A stretch of 64,000 bases of DNA from Eledone cirrhosa (GCA_964016885.1 OZ024740.1:288610001-288674000); one strand, 5' to 3'; shown: positions 1 to 11,735, counted from the stretch's first letter. The notes: generated by a model not told the origin, from the letters alone. A program made the numbers and translations.

Positions 1-66
1 AATGGAGAATACATATCAATTAAAAGAATAAATTAAAATGTACAGACCATTCGTTTATAACTATAT

Positions 67-142
67 CTCCTGGACATGCAGTAAGCATGTTTCGCCACAA
101 ATAAAGTGTAGAATCATACCACTGATGGCTTATCAACAGGAG
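67..142 (-). ncRNA. Type I hammerhead ribozyme motif, U3-A8 core variant
   Basis: Minus strand: CUCCUG-UUGAUAA-GCCA(28 nt)UGGC-GAAA-CAUGC-uuacu-GCAUG-UC-CAGGAG. Confidence 0.75.
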
Positions 143-621
143 GATCAACAATACGATCCACACTTCTAAAAAATATATCAGATAACTAGCAAACGCACAT
201 GGTGTAAAGAGAAAACATGCGCACTATACAGCACATGGTGGTGGACCAAGCCAATAGAATACCAATCAACAAAATGAAAGTTTGAAAATTACATACTGCC
301 ATTGCCACTGCACTGTTCAGTGATTCAATCTACTTAACTGTAATTGCATACAATATTAGCTTCATCGATTCACCATTGCCAACAGAAGCAGCTTAATTTT
401 GCAGTACTAAGTTTAACTGCACCCATTGATACAGCAGTCTTTCTTAAGAAGAGCAACTTCTGATTATTATAAAAACAAATGTGTCCAGATATATGTAAAT
501 GACTGATGATCATTTAGTTATCTTAAGACTAGGTCCCTAACTTTGTTTTACTTTGTCTAGCTAAATAGTGAATCTTGTTACTCTGGAGTTTCTCCTGCTT
601 CTCACAGGGTCATCATAATAA

Positions 622-932
622 CATCATCATCATCATACGTCCACTTTTCCCTGCTTGAAAGGGTGGGACGGGAACTGATTTGGCTTGATTTCTACAGCTG
701 GATGCCCTTCCTAACACCAACCTCATGTACAGTGAGTGCTGGGTGCTTTTTTTTCCATGGCGCCTACACGACTACTTTGCAGTGGAATGATATGGACCCC
801 AGTCCCTATCATCTCATTTCTACAGCTGAGTGAACTGGAGCAATGTGAAATAAAGTGTCTTGCTCAAGGAAACAACACATCACCCGGTCTCAGAATTGAA
901 CTCACAACCTTTCGATTGCAAGGACAATGCTC
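622..932 (-). mobile_element. tRNA-derived SINE, family A (RTE-type 3' tail)
   Basis: Reverse complement aligns by eye with 9346-9682; (CAT)n tail at left end. Confidence 0.85.
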
Positions 933-1278
933 ATATATATATATATAATGCGTGTGCATGCCTGCATGCATATCAGTGAATGTGTATTTTGTAGTCACAC
1001 CAATAGTTATTAGCATGTAAAACTGATTATGGAATGTTTTCTGATTATCTCCCTTTAACACTTGTTTGACCATGTAGTTTGCATGTAGCTCCCCTAGTGT
1101 ACCTACTCACCAATGTTATTCCACCTCCTTTCCTATGATCTTTCCACACTGTCCCCTTTTACTATCCTTTATTCTTGTACTTTTCCATTGTTTTAATAAC
1201 ATGTCTTCTGATTTTTTCCATTATTATTATTATAAAACATATATAAAAACATATATTATTATTATAAAACATATATAA

Positions 1279-3722
1279 AACAGTAAGGTGGAGGGGTCAA
1301 TTAAGGCCAAAAAGCAGGCTTGGAAAGTATGGCGGGATGGGGGAAGTAGAGAGGACTATCAAGTGGCCAGGAGGGAAGCTAGGAGACAAGTGTACTTAGC
1401 AAGAAGGGAAGCTGAGGAAAGAAAGTTCAAGCATGTTCTACAACGCGATGACCAAAAACGTGAGGTGTTCAGGATTGCTAGGCAATGCGTCAAGGAAAAC
1501 CGTGATATTGTCGGGGAGAAGTGTGTACTAAACGACGATGGCACACTTGCCATCACCGACGCTGATAAGAAGGTAGCTTGGAAGTGTCACTATGAAAGGC
1601 TTCTAAATGAGGAGAATAATTGGGAGAAAGGCAGTCTCCCCCATATCGACCCAATAGAGGGACCAGCAGTGTTAGTCGAGGGGAGTATAATAAGTAAGGC
1701 AATCAAGGATATGAAGACTGGTAAGGCGGCTGGGCCTTCGGAAATAGTTGCTGAGATGCTGAAGGCATCTGGCACGGTGGGACACACCATGGTCACCCGC
1801 ATAGTTAACCAAGTCGTACAAAACGGGGTTGTTCCGAAGGACTGGCATAGCAGCATCATCGTTAACTGTTATAAGGGTAAAGGAGACGCCCTAGATAGGA
1901 GTAACTATAGAGGCATTAAATTAATCGACCAGGTCATGAAGGTCACGGAAAGAGTAATAGCGCAGCTAATCAGAGAGAGAATTGACCTAGATGAAATGCA
2001 GTTCGGGTTTGTGTCAGGCAAAAGTACCACAGACGCTCTTTTCATAGTACGACAACTACAAGAGAAGTACCTAGCTAAAGGTAAACCCCTCTACTTAGCT
2101 TTTGTCGACTTGGAGAAAGCCTTCGACAGAGTCCCCCGCTCCATTATCTGGTGGGCTCTTAGAAAACTAGGCGTTGACGAATGGCTTGTGAGGGCTATAC
2201 AAGCCATGTATAAAGAAACAGTCAGCAAGGTTAGAATTAACAACGAATATAGTGAAGAGTTTAGCGTAAAAGTCGGCGTCCATCAGGGCTCTGTTCTCAG
2301 TCCACTACTATTTATTATTGCCCTTCAGGCCATAACAGAGGAGTTCAAGACAGGCTGCCCATGGGAACTCCTATACGCAGACGACCTGACACTCATAGCG
2401 GAATCAATGGCCGAGCTAGAGAAGAAATTCCAAACATGGAAGCACGGCCTAGAGTCAAAAGGACTTAAAATTAACCTGGCTAAGACCAAAGTACTAGTTT
2501 GTAGGAAAGAAAACAAGGCGGCGGTCCCTTCTGGGAAATGGTCGTGCTCGGTGTGTAGGAAAGGCGTAGGTAGAAACTCCATTTTATGTCCTAAATGCAA
2601 AGTATGGGTGCATAAAAGATGTAGTGGGATCACAGGTAGGCTAACTAAGAACATAGATTTTACATGTGGCCGGTGCTCTGGTGCAATAAGTAGCAGCAAG
2701 TGCCCACAAACTACTAGCTCTTTCAATTGCGCAGAGGGTTCTATAGAAATAGTGGACAGCTTCCGTTACCTGGGCGATAAAATCAGCAGTGGGGGAGGGT
2801 GCTCTGAAAGTACTGTAGCTAGAGTCAGAACTGGTTGGAAAAAGTTCAGAGAGCTTATACCACTATTAGCTGCTAAAGGGTTCTCACTAAAAATGAAAGG
2901 CAGGTTGTACGATGCCTGCATACGAACAGCAATGCTGCATGGCAGTGAGACCTGGGCATTGTGTGCAGAGGATATACGCAGACTAGAGAGGAACGAAGCT
3001 TGCATGCTCCGCTGGATGTGTAACAGTAATATACGTGAACGGCAAAGCATAAACGAACTAAGGAATAAATTAGAGATAAGAGGGATCAGATGTTGTTTAC
3101 TCGAGAGAAGGCTACGTTGGTATGGACACGTGATGCGCATGAAAGTCGATAGCTGTATAACAAAGTGCAGGGCAATAAAGATAGACGGTAGTCACGGAAT
3201 AGGCAGACCTAGAAAAACCTGGGACGAGCTGATAAACTCCGACATCACACACTTACACCTCTCCAAGACAATGTCACTGGACCGAGACCTTTGGCGGTAC
3301 TCAGTAACAGAGAAGACCCGCCTTACCTAAATATATAGTAAAACCTACTCCAGCCAGTAGGCATCTCTAACAAATACACCCCGTCCCACCACCCCCACCC
3401 GATCCACACCACCCCGTTCTATGTAAAGTTATGTTGGTGCCGCGCCATCGAGGCCGAAACAAATGAGATCGTGTAGGTGTCACGACAAAAAAACACACAG
3501 TCCACGCTGTAATGTGGCCGTGTAGGCAACACGGTAAAAACCTCCCAGACCCACACTGTAAATGTGGTTGGTGTTAGGAAGGGCATCCAACTGTAGAAAA
3601 CCTGCCAGACAGTCCTATGCGAGCAAGACAATCACTCTTGCCTCAAGTGGGACTACCCCCGTCCAAACCCATGCAAGCGTGGAACACGGACGTTAAACGC
3701 TGATGATGATGATGATGATGAT
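1279..3722 (+). mobile_element. RTE-clade LINE, 5'-truncated (no AP endonuclease), intact RT region, about 390-nt 3' UTR and (GAT)n tail
   Basis: Motifs NYRGIKL, QFGF, FVDLEKAFDRV, GVHQGSVLSPLLF, YADD (2374-2385), RRLRWYGHVMR, GRPRKTW; ends ggacgttaaacgc(tga)n. Confidence 0.93.
1288..3330 (+). CDS. Non-LTR reverse transcriptase ORF fragment (680 aa) with embedded PHD-type finger; the GTG is not a true start
   Basis: Uninterrupted ORF; C4HC3 pattern at 2545-2676. Confidence 0.9.
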   Translation: MEGSIKAKKQAWKVWRDGGSREDYQVARREARRQVYLARREAEERKFKHVLQRDDQKREVFRIARQCVKENRDIVGEKCVLNDDGTLAITDADKKVAWKCHYERLLNEENNWEKGSLPHIDPIEGPAVLVEGSIISKAIKDMKTGKAAGPSEIVAEMLKASGTVGHTMVTRIVNQVVQNGVVPKDWHSSIIVNCYKGKGDALDRSNYRGIKLIDQVMKVTERVIAQLIRERIDLDEMQFGFVSGKSTTDALFIVRQLQEKYLAKGKPLYLAFVDLEKAFDRVPRSIIWWALRKLGVDEWLVRAIQAMYKETVSKVRINNEYSEEFSVKVGVHQGSVLSPLLFIIALQAITEEFKTGCPWELLYADDLTLIAESMAELEKKFQTWKHGLESKGLKINLAKTKVLVCRKENKAAVPSGKWSCSVCRKGVGRNSILCPKCKVWVHKRCSGITGRLTKNIDFTCGRCSGAISSSKCPQTTSSFNCAEGSIEIVDSFRYLGDKISSGGGCSESTVARVRTGWKKFRELIPLLAAKGFSLKMKGRLYDACIRTAMLHGSETWALCAEDIRRLERNEACMLRWMCNSNIRERQSINELRNKLEIRGIRCCLLERRLRWYGHVMRMKVDSCITKCRAIKIDGSHGIGRPRKTWDELINSDITHLHLSKTMSLDRDLWRYSVTEKTRLT

Positions 3723-5914
3723 ATACCCTACAGTAAAACATAAACCATTTCAATAGAATTATATATATATATAGTGTTTACAAATGAAGAGAGTACAATT
3801 ACAAAAAGTATGAACAGTAAGTAAAAGATGCAATATAAATGTGTGTGTGTACATGAATATGTAATACATTTAACACACACATTAGTCTTTGTGTGGAAAT
3901 ACAACCTGTGAATAAATCACATGACCTTCTTCTGTAGCTGAGTGAGGAATCGACTAACATGTTTTATCTTTCTTAAGCTTCATCAGAATCACTTACCTCA
4001 CTTTTCAACTGCCAAAATTACGAGAATATAATCTTCATGTGAAAAATGTAAACAACTTTTTTCCAGCATGAAATAATGGCCAGAGTTTGACAGTCCAGAT
4101 TTAATAACAAAATTGCCAACACAACATTGTCTTGAATATATGTTCATGAAAATTATTGAGTTAATTTTTAACATCCTGTACCACATGAAACTGCATTAGA
4201 AAGACATTCTTGAAAAGTAACAAATCACTACTATGGCTGCATCACATTAAAAATTGATGTTTTTACTTTAATATAACAAATTTCCACTGCAATCTATCCA
4301 CTAATCAAGATACTATGAACATTTTGATTAACAAACCCACTTTATAGATATTTTCTGCTAAATCATTACAGGATGTTAAAAGTTAATAAACATATATTTA
4401 AGTAGAGAATATATTTTAGCTTGAAGCTGAAACTTCACAAGTTACTACTATTAGTGTTACATTTGCAGTGACTGTGTGTTCTATGTTACTCAAAGAAAGG
4501 TGAGGCTTGATTACTATAAGAGTACACGCTAGACAACTTCTTTGAGTTGACAGTTATGTGAATTATGCAGATCACAATTATCCGAAGAGTGGAAATGTGA
4601 AGCTAGTAGTTGTAACTGTGAAGCATTAGTTTTTCATTATATGTATGCGTGTAACATATGGTGAAAGTCAATTCAATGTACATGACCATTGCAAAGCCTA
4701 GATGACAACTATTACAGAAATGTCTCTTCTCAGTAAAATACAAAGCAGAATTATGACAATACATACACATTACTATACATGCTTCAATTATTTTACATCA
4801 TGCATTCAGCTGAAATAGTTCCTGTCATATTTTTACTTCCATTTATTAATAATAAATCTTTCTTTATATCTTTTATTCATCTCTATTTTTTTACCTACTT
4901 CTCATTTATTTAACATGTGTAGTTCACCTTCAGAAAACTGTATTTTGCCATCTTTAATAATAACCTACATAGACGTTTGTGAACACTGAATTCCTGTTCT
5001 TTATACTCTTTGTTCTTAGACACAATAAGACTCTTATCATCCAGTTGTAATGGCATCACATTTGTAAACTTGACCATACTGTCTTTTTTTTAAGTCAGAG
5101 TATTTTGTGGGAGATTTGGTTGCTATTTCTAGCTGATCAAGTGACCTCATAGATGCTGCCTTGTTGACAGAGGTAGATTTAGCTCTAAAGTTATGAAACT
5201 GAAACACAGTAAATGCACAGTTGTTGTCAAGAGTAGATACAATTCCGAAGTGATGTTTAAAGTTTTCTACATAAAGGGCAATATAATACCACCCACAATT
5301 GTTAATTGGAAGTAAATCTAACATTTAGGTCATTCATGTACAGGCAGTGAGTGATGGATAGTTCAATCAGTAGAGTATTGATCTATCGAGGGTTGGTATT
5401 TTATGCCCTGTGACCATGGTTAAAATACTTAAATGGATCAGTCCACATAGTTGTAAACCAGATAGTGCAGTGTATAATTGACAAGTATTTCATTAGCTTG
5501 CTGTGCTGAGTTCAATTCATTCTGTGAGCTTAGATAAAGCTGGGTCTCAACTGCTATAAATATATAAGGTAGGCAGCTTCTGTAGAGCAGCAAGTATGTA
5601 AACTTTATAGGAAATGCTATCAAATCATAGTGAAAGTATGAGCTGTTATCTATCAGTCTTCAGTGCTTGTGAATGTTATCAGATCACATGACCATATTTG
5701 ATCACATGATCAATGACCAGCTATTCCTCTGGTGTTTTGTCTTATTACTGATCTCAATAACTATTGATGAAATTAGGAAAATGTTGCAAAGTGAAAATAT
5801 ATTAGGGTCATTGTGTTTGATTGTCAACATGGTTTTTCACCAAAACCTGTCTCCTTGATATCATATAATTACTTTTCCAATGCCTTATGAACTCTAATTC
5901 TTTTCTTTCTGCAG

Positions 5915-6013
5915 AGTGGTTTTACACCATTGCACATCGCTGCACATTATGGCAATGTCAACGTTGGTACTCTACTTATTCAAAAGGGTGCAGACGTCAA
6001 CTACAAAGCTAAG
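5915..6013 (+). CDS. Ankyrin exon, ANK repeat 7
   Basis: ttctgcag|...AAG|gtaagt, 99 nt, [33 protein letters not shown]. Confidence 0.95.
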
Positions 6014-7336
6014 GTAAGTTAATTAATTATGCCCCCACTTTCATTCATTTACATTTTCTTATCAAGTATAAGAAAATGTGAATATCAATATTATTATTAT
6101 CATTATCACAATCCTCACTACCACCATTTTTTTTCTTTGTTGGCATGAGTGAGACTAGTCCTCTCTAGCATATTGTTCCTTCACTTGATTCTTTTCTCAT
6201 TTCATCTCCTTTGTGAGATTCAGCTTCCTGAAATCCTATTTTACCACTTTTGCCTTGGTCTTCCTTGGCACTTCTTCACCTAACAATCATCATCCATACA
6301 TATCATGTACCTGTACAGTGCAATATTCTCTCTTGCACGCAACATCCAATTTCACACAACTCATCAGTGCTTTTCATGCCCACTGATGTTACACATACAA
6401 TGGAGCATGCTCAATATTTTGTATTTATTTTATTTTTTATTATCTCATATATTATTGACTATAGACAGAGAATTAGCAGAGTTGTTAAAACATCATAACA
6501 TCATACTGAATGCTTCAGTTTTCTGGCTCTCTCCGCTCTAAGTTCAAATCTTGCTGAGGTCAACTTTGCCTTTCTTCCATTGGAGGTGGATAAAATACCA
6601 GACCAATACTGGGCTCGATTCTCTCTCTCAGAAATCGATTGTGTTCACCTAAGGAGAAGGATGGGCCCTGTCGGGTTTAAATGTCCAAGATATGCCATGT
6701 CACAATGGTGCCCCTACAACTTCATCTGGAATTAAGGGTCTATGGATCATGTATCATGAACCATTATTGACTGTGTAACAATAAGTTCAAACCATACTAC
6801 AAAGCAGTACATACTTGCTTCATGAAGTGCCATCTCCAACCTCAGCATAGTCAAGTGGATTCAATGATTGACATAAGAAGGGGGCATCTTTCTGTCTAAT
6901 GCTGGTGATGAACATATTCATCATCATCGTGGTCATTTTAACATCTGCTTTCCCTGCTATCTGCTAGCAAGGGTTGGACAGTTCTACATAGACTAAGTCA
7001 GTACTGAAGTGGAGCCACTGATCTCCCAGGCGGGCCAGGGATCTTTGGGTTGCTAATGTATGATCGACGTTCCACTGAGTGCACAAGAAAGATAGTCATA
7101 TCTTTGACACAGCTGAATGTCCTCCCAACTCTTTGTTTGGCAAGATGTCTATGGCTAGATGTCCTTCCTATCACCAACCACTTTACAGCATGTACTGGAT
7201 ATGTTTATCGTATAGGTCACCAAGCACTAGGGAAGCTGTCATGTCTTTGACACACAATGAAACTAAATAAGAAACAAAGAGATAGGTGATATTAGTAATA
7301 TTTTTTTAACTGTGTTTCTCTCTTTTTGTGTTGCAG

Positions 7337-7435
7337 AACAACATCACCCCCTTACATGTGGCATCTCGCTGGGGGAAATCAAATATGGTCATCCTTCTTT
7401 TAGACCACGATGCCACAATTGAAGAACGAACACGG
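7337..7435 (+). CDS. Ankyrin exon, ANK repeat 8
   Basis: gttgcag|...CGG|gtaaat, 99 nt, NNITPLHVASRWGKSNMVILLLDHDATIEERTR. Confidence 0.95.
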
Positions 7436-7743
7436 GTAAATAATTGTATTTTCATTAGAACTTCTATCAGTGTGTGTGTGTGTATTTACATGTATGTCTG
7501 AGTGTATAATCTTGTTTAAATATATGTAAGTATATATATATATAAATATATAAATGTGTGTGTGTATATATGAGTGTGTGTATATGAGTGTGTGTGTGTG
7601 TGTATATATGTATACACACACATAGTTCAGATAATATGCTCACATTTGCATCCATACGTAATAACTGTTAAATTGTGTGTATATGCACCCACATCCATAC
7701 TGTATTTTTTTATTATCATGTTCTCTGTTTATCAATTCTACAG

Positions 7744-7842
7744 GATGGACTAACACCGCTGCATTGCGCAGCTAGAAGTGGTCATGAGAATGTAGTTGAT
7801 CTGCTCTTAGAGAGAGGTGCACCATTTTCAGCAAAAACAAAG
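7744..7842 (+). CDS. Ankyrin exon, ANK repeat 9
   Basis: ctacag|...AAG|gtcagt, 99 nt, [33 protein letters not shown]. Confidence 0.95.
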
Positions 7843-8202
7843 GTCAGTACAGTAAACTTGTCATACATTTTTCTGTGTATTTGTAGTTCAATCAGTTTTC
7901 CCTGTAAATATTGGTACAACCTCATTGGTAGTGTGGTTAAAGTGACTGAATTGCTCAGTCCCAGATCAGCCTTGATCCTGCAGATCTGTGATCAAAAGCA
8001 TTCAAATTGTGATCATCACATCTTTTTGTAAATTATACACTGCCCAATGTGTACTTCCAAACCGTAGGGTGTGATTTGAGGGAGATTTGACTGCCTTGAG
8101 TTTTAGTAACAATAGAACTCATATTTCACATCACCACCAGTGTTGTAAATATCTATGCAGTAATATTATTCAACCTCCCCACAGCAGTCAAATTTTCTTT
8201 AA

Positions 8203-8423
8203 CCCTTTAGCATTTAAAGTGGCCATATCCGGCCAGAATTCTCTCACCTCTTTGTGTTCAAAGTGGCTGTAACTGGCCGCTCATACTTATGTTAAGATAT
8301 TATTCTCAAAATAAATAACATGAAAATCTCATTGATTCAATATTATGTGAGATAATTATGTAAGATAAAGTCTTTACCACAAAAATACAATAGTATATAT
8401 AGAGTAATGTAAATGTTAAAGGG
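8203..8423. mobile_element. piggyBac-like MITE (other copies 11882-12089 and 49873-50085, the latter inverted)
   Basis: TTAA|CCCTTTAGCATTTA...TAAATGTTAAAGGG|TTAA; internal sequence shared by three copies. Confidence 0.8.
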
Positions 8424-9345
8424 TTAAACCAATCTATACTGTCTGGAAAATATATGTAAATGCATTGTATGGATTATACTTGTAATTCAAAGTTGCAGTT
8501 TTGTCACAGTTATACTGATTCTTCTTGATAAATTACATTCAGAGTATATCTCCTACTCTATCTTTGGTCATCCAGAGTAAAATACTCGGTCACTTTGCAT
8601 GTTAATTCAATGTGTAGGTTGTTTGGTTGATCAAACAACTGGATGTTCATTGTTCTCGACAGGAAAGTATATATATCATCATCATCATCATCACTGTTTA
8701 ACATACATTTTCCATGGTAGCATGGGTTAGGCGAGTTGTCCCATTATGAGACAAGTCAAATCAGATGATCGTGTCTTGCTCATACAGAACTGTTTCTGGT
8801 TTGGTTTCTATGGCTGGATGACCTTCCCAATGCCAACCACATTTACAGCGTGGACTGGGTGCTTTTTATTATGGCACCAAAACGACCAACTGGCAGGTTG
8901 GACTGGTTATTCTTTCATCTTGTCACTGATATGACCACATTACAGGGTGAACCAGGTGCTTTTTGTTGTGTCACCAACTCAACCACCTTACAGAGTGGGC
9001 CTGGTACTTTTTGTCATGTCACCAACATGACCACATTACAGAGTGAGCTAGGTGTTCTTTGTTATGTCACCAACACAATCACTTTAAATATATATATATA
9101 TATACACACAAAGAAAGAGAGAGGTTTATTGGATTGCAGTTAATCCTAAGGTAAACCATATTCAACACTCATTTCTGAGGGGAAGTAGTGTTGACCTGAG
9201 GATGATTCATTAGTTTGTTTTGTAACATAGGAATGGGAGTTGACTACTACCAGTTATCAGATAGGATTCTAGAGTATAAAAGAAAACAAGAGAGAGATCA
9301 GTTTAACATATGTTTATCTTCTAGTTAAATATATATATATATGAT

Positions 9346-9682
9346 GGAGGCACATGGCTTAGTGGTTAGAGCATTGGCCTTGCAATCGAAAGGTTGTGAG
9401 TTCAATTCTCAGACCGGGTGATGTGTTGTTTCCTTGAGCAAGACACTTTATTTGACATTGCTCCAGTTTACTCAGCTGTAGAAATGAGATGATAGGACCA
9501 TATCATTCCACTGCAAAGTGGTCGTGGAGGTGCCATGGCAAAAAAGCACCCAGCACTCACTGTAAATGAGGTTGGTGTTAGGAAGGGCATCTAGCTGTAG
9601 AAATCAAGCCACAATCAGTTCCCGTCCCACCCTTGCAAGCAGGGAAAAAGCGGACGTAAAATGAAATGATGATGATGATGAT
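9346..9682 (+). mobile_element. tRNA-derived SINE, family A, full length
   Basis: A box tggcttagtgg, B box gagttcaattc, Meta-SINE-like core ccttgagcaagacactt, tail shared with RTE 3' UTR, (GAT)n end. Confidence 0.88.
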
Positions 9683-9692
9683 ATATATATAT

Positions 9693-10099
9693 ATATACAA
9701 ATTAAAATGAAGAATTAGAAATAGAAGCCAGGACTATCCATCATCAGTGGTCTACTAGCCACCATAGGTATTTCTTCGCATTAAAGACCAGATACCTCGG
9801 GCTAGCACGAACAATAACTAAAATAAGTTATTGGGATAAAAAGAATTGGGTGGAGAAAGACAGACAGGTAAACAAACATGAATGGTGAGGAAAAAAGGAG
9901 AAAATCAAGTCAATGATTCATTTGAACATAAAAACTCTCCACCCAATTCTTTTTATCCCAATAACTTATTTTAGTTATTGTTCACGCTAGCCTGAGGTAT
10001 CTGGTCTTTAATGCGAAGAAATACCTATGATGGCTAGTAGACCACTGATGATGGATAGTCCTGGCTTCTATTTCTAATTCTTCATTTTAATTTGTATAT
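9693..10099. mobile_element. (TA)n-flanked foldback element, 164-bp inverted arms (Penelope-like end remnant)
   Basis: 9693-9856 is the reverse complement of 9936-10099 with about 4 transitions; TA tracts on both sides. Confidence 0.75.
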
Positions 10100-10134
10100 C
10101 ACATTTACAACAACACAGCACGCCATTTTTCATT

Positions 10135-10182
<48 letters not shown>

Positions 10183-10546
10183 GTATTGTTAATAAAATTT
10201 CCAAAGTTATTCTCTGTTAAATATCAGTTTACCCACCACCCCTCATCACTGCATATAAATATTTCACCTTGTAGAAGTGTTGTCTTTAGGGAGAATATAT
10301 ATAAAAACTTTGAGTTTATGTTAAAATTATGGACTGGAGCTGTTGTTAACTGGTACAGTGTATTAAGCATATTGGCTCAGGTTCTACATATTCTGTTGGG
10401 ATGGCAATAATTCTCTACTAGTAGTAGTAACATTCTTTGTATATTTGTACTGATATGTAAGTTACTCTCACCTATTGCTGTTTAATTTAATTTTATTTGT
10501 TTGTATAATTGCTTATTTGACATCTGCTTTATCTTTCTTGCTTCAG

Positions 10547-10645
10547 AATGGTCTTACGCCTCTTCATATGGCAGCCCAAGGCGACCACGTTGACTGTGCA
10601 CGCTTACTTCTATACCACAAAGCTCTCGTCGATGATGTAACTGTG
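10547..10645 (+). CDS. Ankyrin exon, ANK repeat 10
   Basis: cttcag|...GTG|gtacgt, 99 nt, [33 protein letters not shown]. Confidence 0.95.
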
Positions 10646-10836
10646 GTACGTAAATACTGTTTCCATATTTTCTATGCATGTTTTTGTTTTTTGTTTTTTG
10701 ACTTTAGAGTGTAACCTCAAACTCCACATCAACGTTTAACATCTTTTTTCCCTATTATCAAGAGCTGAAAATATATGTTAGAACATCTAGACTGTGGGTG
10801 GGTGTATATATATATGTGTGTGTGTATGTATGTATG

Positions 10837-10900
<64 letters not shown>

Positions 10901-11138
10901 GGAGGCGATATTTTATTGGTACTTCATTGTTAAAGATGGCTGTATCTCCTGATTGGCTTGCATGTCTAATACTGTGAGTTCAGAGGTGGCTGATGAGGTC
11001 TATCCAGACTAGACATCCTCTTTGTGAGTGCACATTAGTGCATACAAACTCATAAAAAGTACTCAATATGAAATATAGGGTAAGTTATATACTGCCAGGC
11101 AAACAAAGGTGAAATATACTGTCATATTACTGAATTGT

Positions 11139-11340
11139 GAAGGCGCGTGGCTGAGTGGTTAGAGAATTGTATTCACAACCGTGACGTTTAGAGTTTGATT
11201 CCTGGACCGGGTGATGCATTATGTCCTTCAGCAAGACACTTTATTTCACGTTGCTCCTTCTTCCTGGACTTGCGACCAGTAGATAGTATTATCAACTGGA
11301 AAGACCAATGGAAACATTGTTTCCTCAGTCCGATTTAACG
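11139..11340 (+). mobile_element. SINE with family A head and a different 3' part (second copy 12887-13082)
   Basis: ggcgcgtggctgagtggtt...ggaccgggtgatg...gcaagacactttatttcacgttgct...gatagtatta..aa.tggaaagaccaatggaaacatt in both copies. Confidence 0.75.
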
Positions 11341-11735
11341 AGGTCTGGGATCTTGTTGATCCACTGACCACTGTCGATTACTGAATTGATGTTTTTTTTC
11401 AAGCAGTATTCTTAAGTAGTAAGGTTTGAATGTTTTCTGTTTGGATTCTCTCAACCTACCGTATATACTCAAATATAAACCAAGGAATATATAAACAAAA
11501 ATCAATGGCAGAAGTGTGGGAGGAGGGAGGTGACTTATATTCGGGGTCAATATTTTGATGATTTTCACCAACTTCAAATTCTACATAAATAAGGTTTGAA
11601 TTTTTGCCCATTTACTAGACATAAAATAGTGGGGTCAGCTTATAATTTGTATCTATTTATATTTGAGTATATACAGTAAATCTATTCATGCTATTGTGTT
11701 CAACCATTTTGTATATTTTCTGTCTTTCTTTTTAG

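Noticed and set aside
1221-1281. Target-site duplication for the RTE LINE
   Set aside because: A roughly 35-bp tandem duplication lies at the 5' junction, but nothing matching follows the 3' tail, so no TSD is called.
9346-9425. tRNA gene
   Set aside because: A and B boxes run straight into SINE core and tail, so it is a SINE head; the same holds for family B and C heads.
9735-9825. HDV-like ribozyme reading of the left foldback arm (loop UUCUUCGC, P1 UGGUCU/AGACCA)
   Set aside because: P3 pairs poorly and I found no P2 partner after the CGAA; the opposite-strand hammerhead reading fits better.
11000-11035. CTGATGA-GGTCT-atcc-AGACT hairpin as a hammerhead
   Set aside because: No GAAA and no convincing stem III; at most a decayed remnant.
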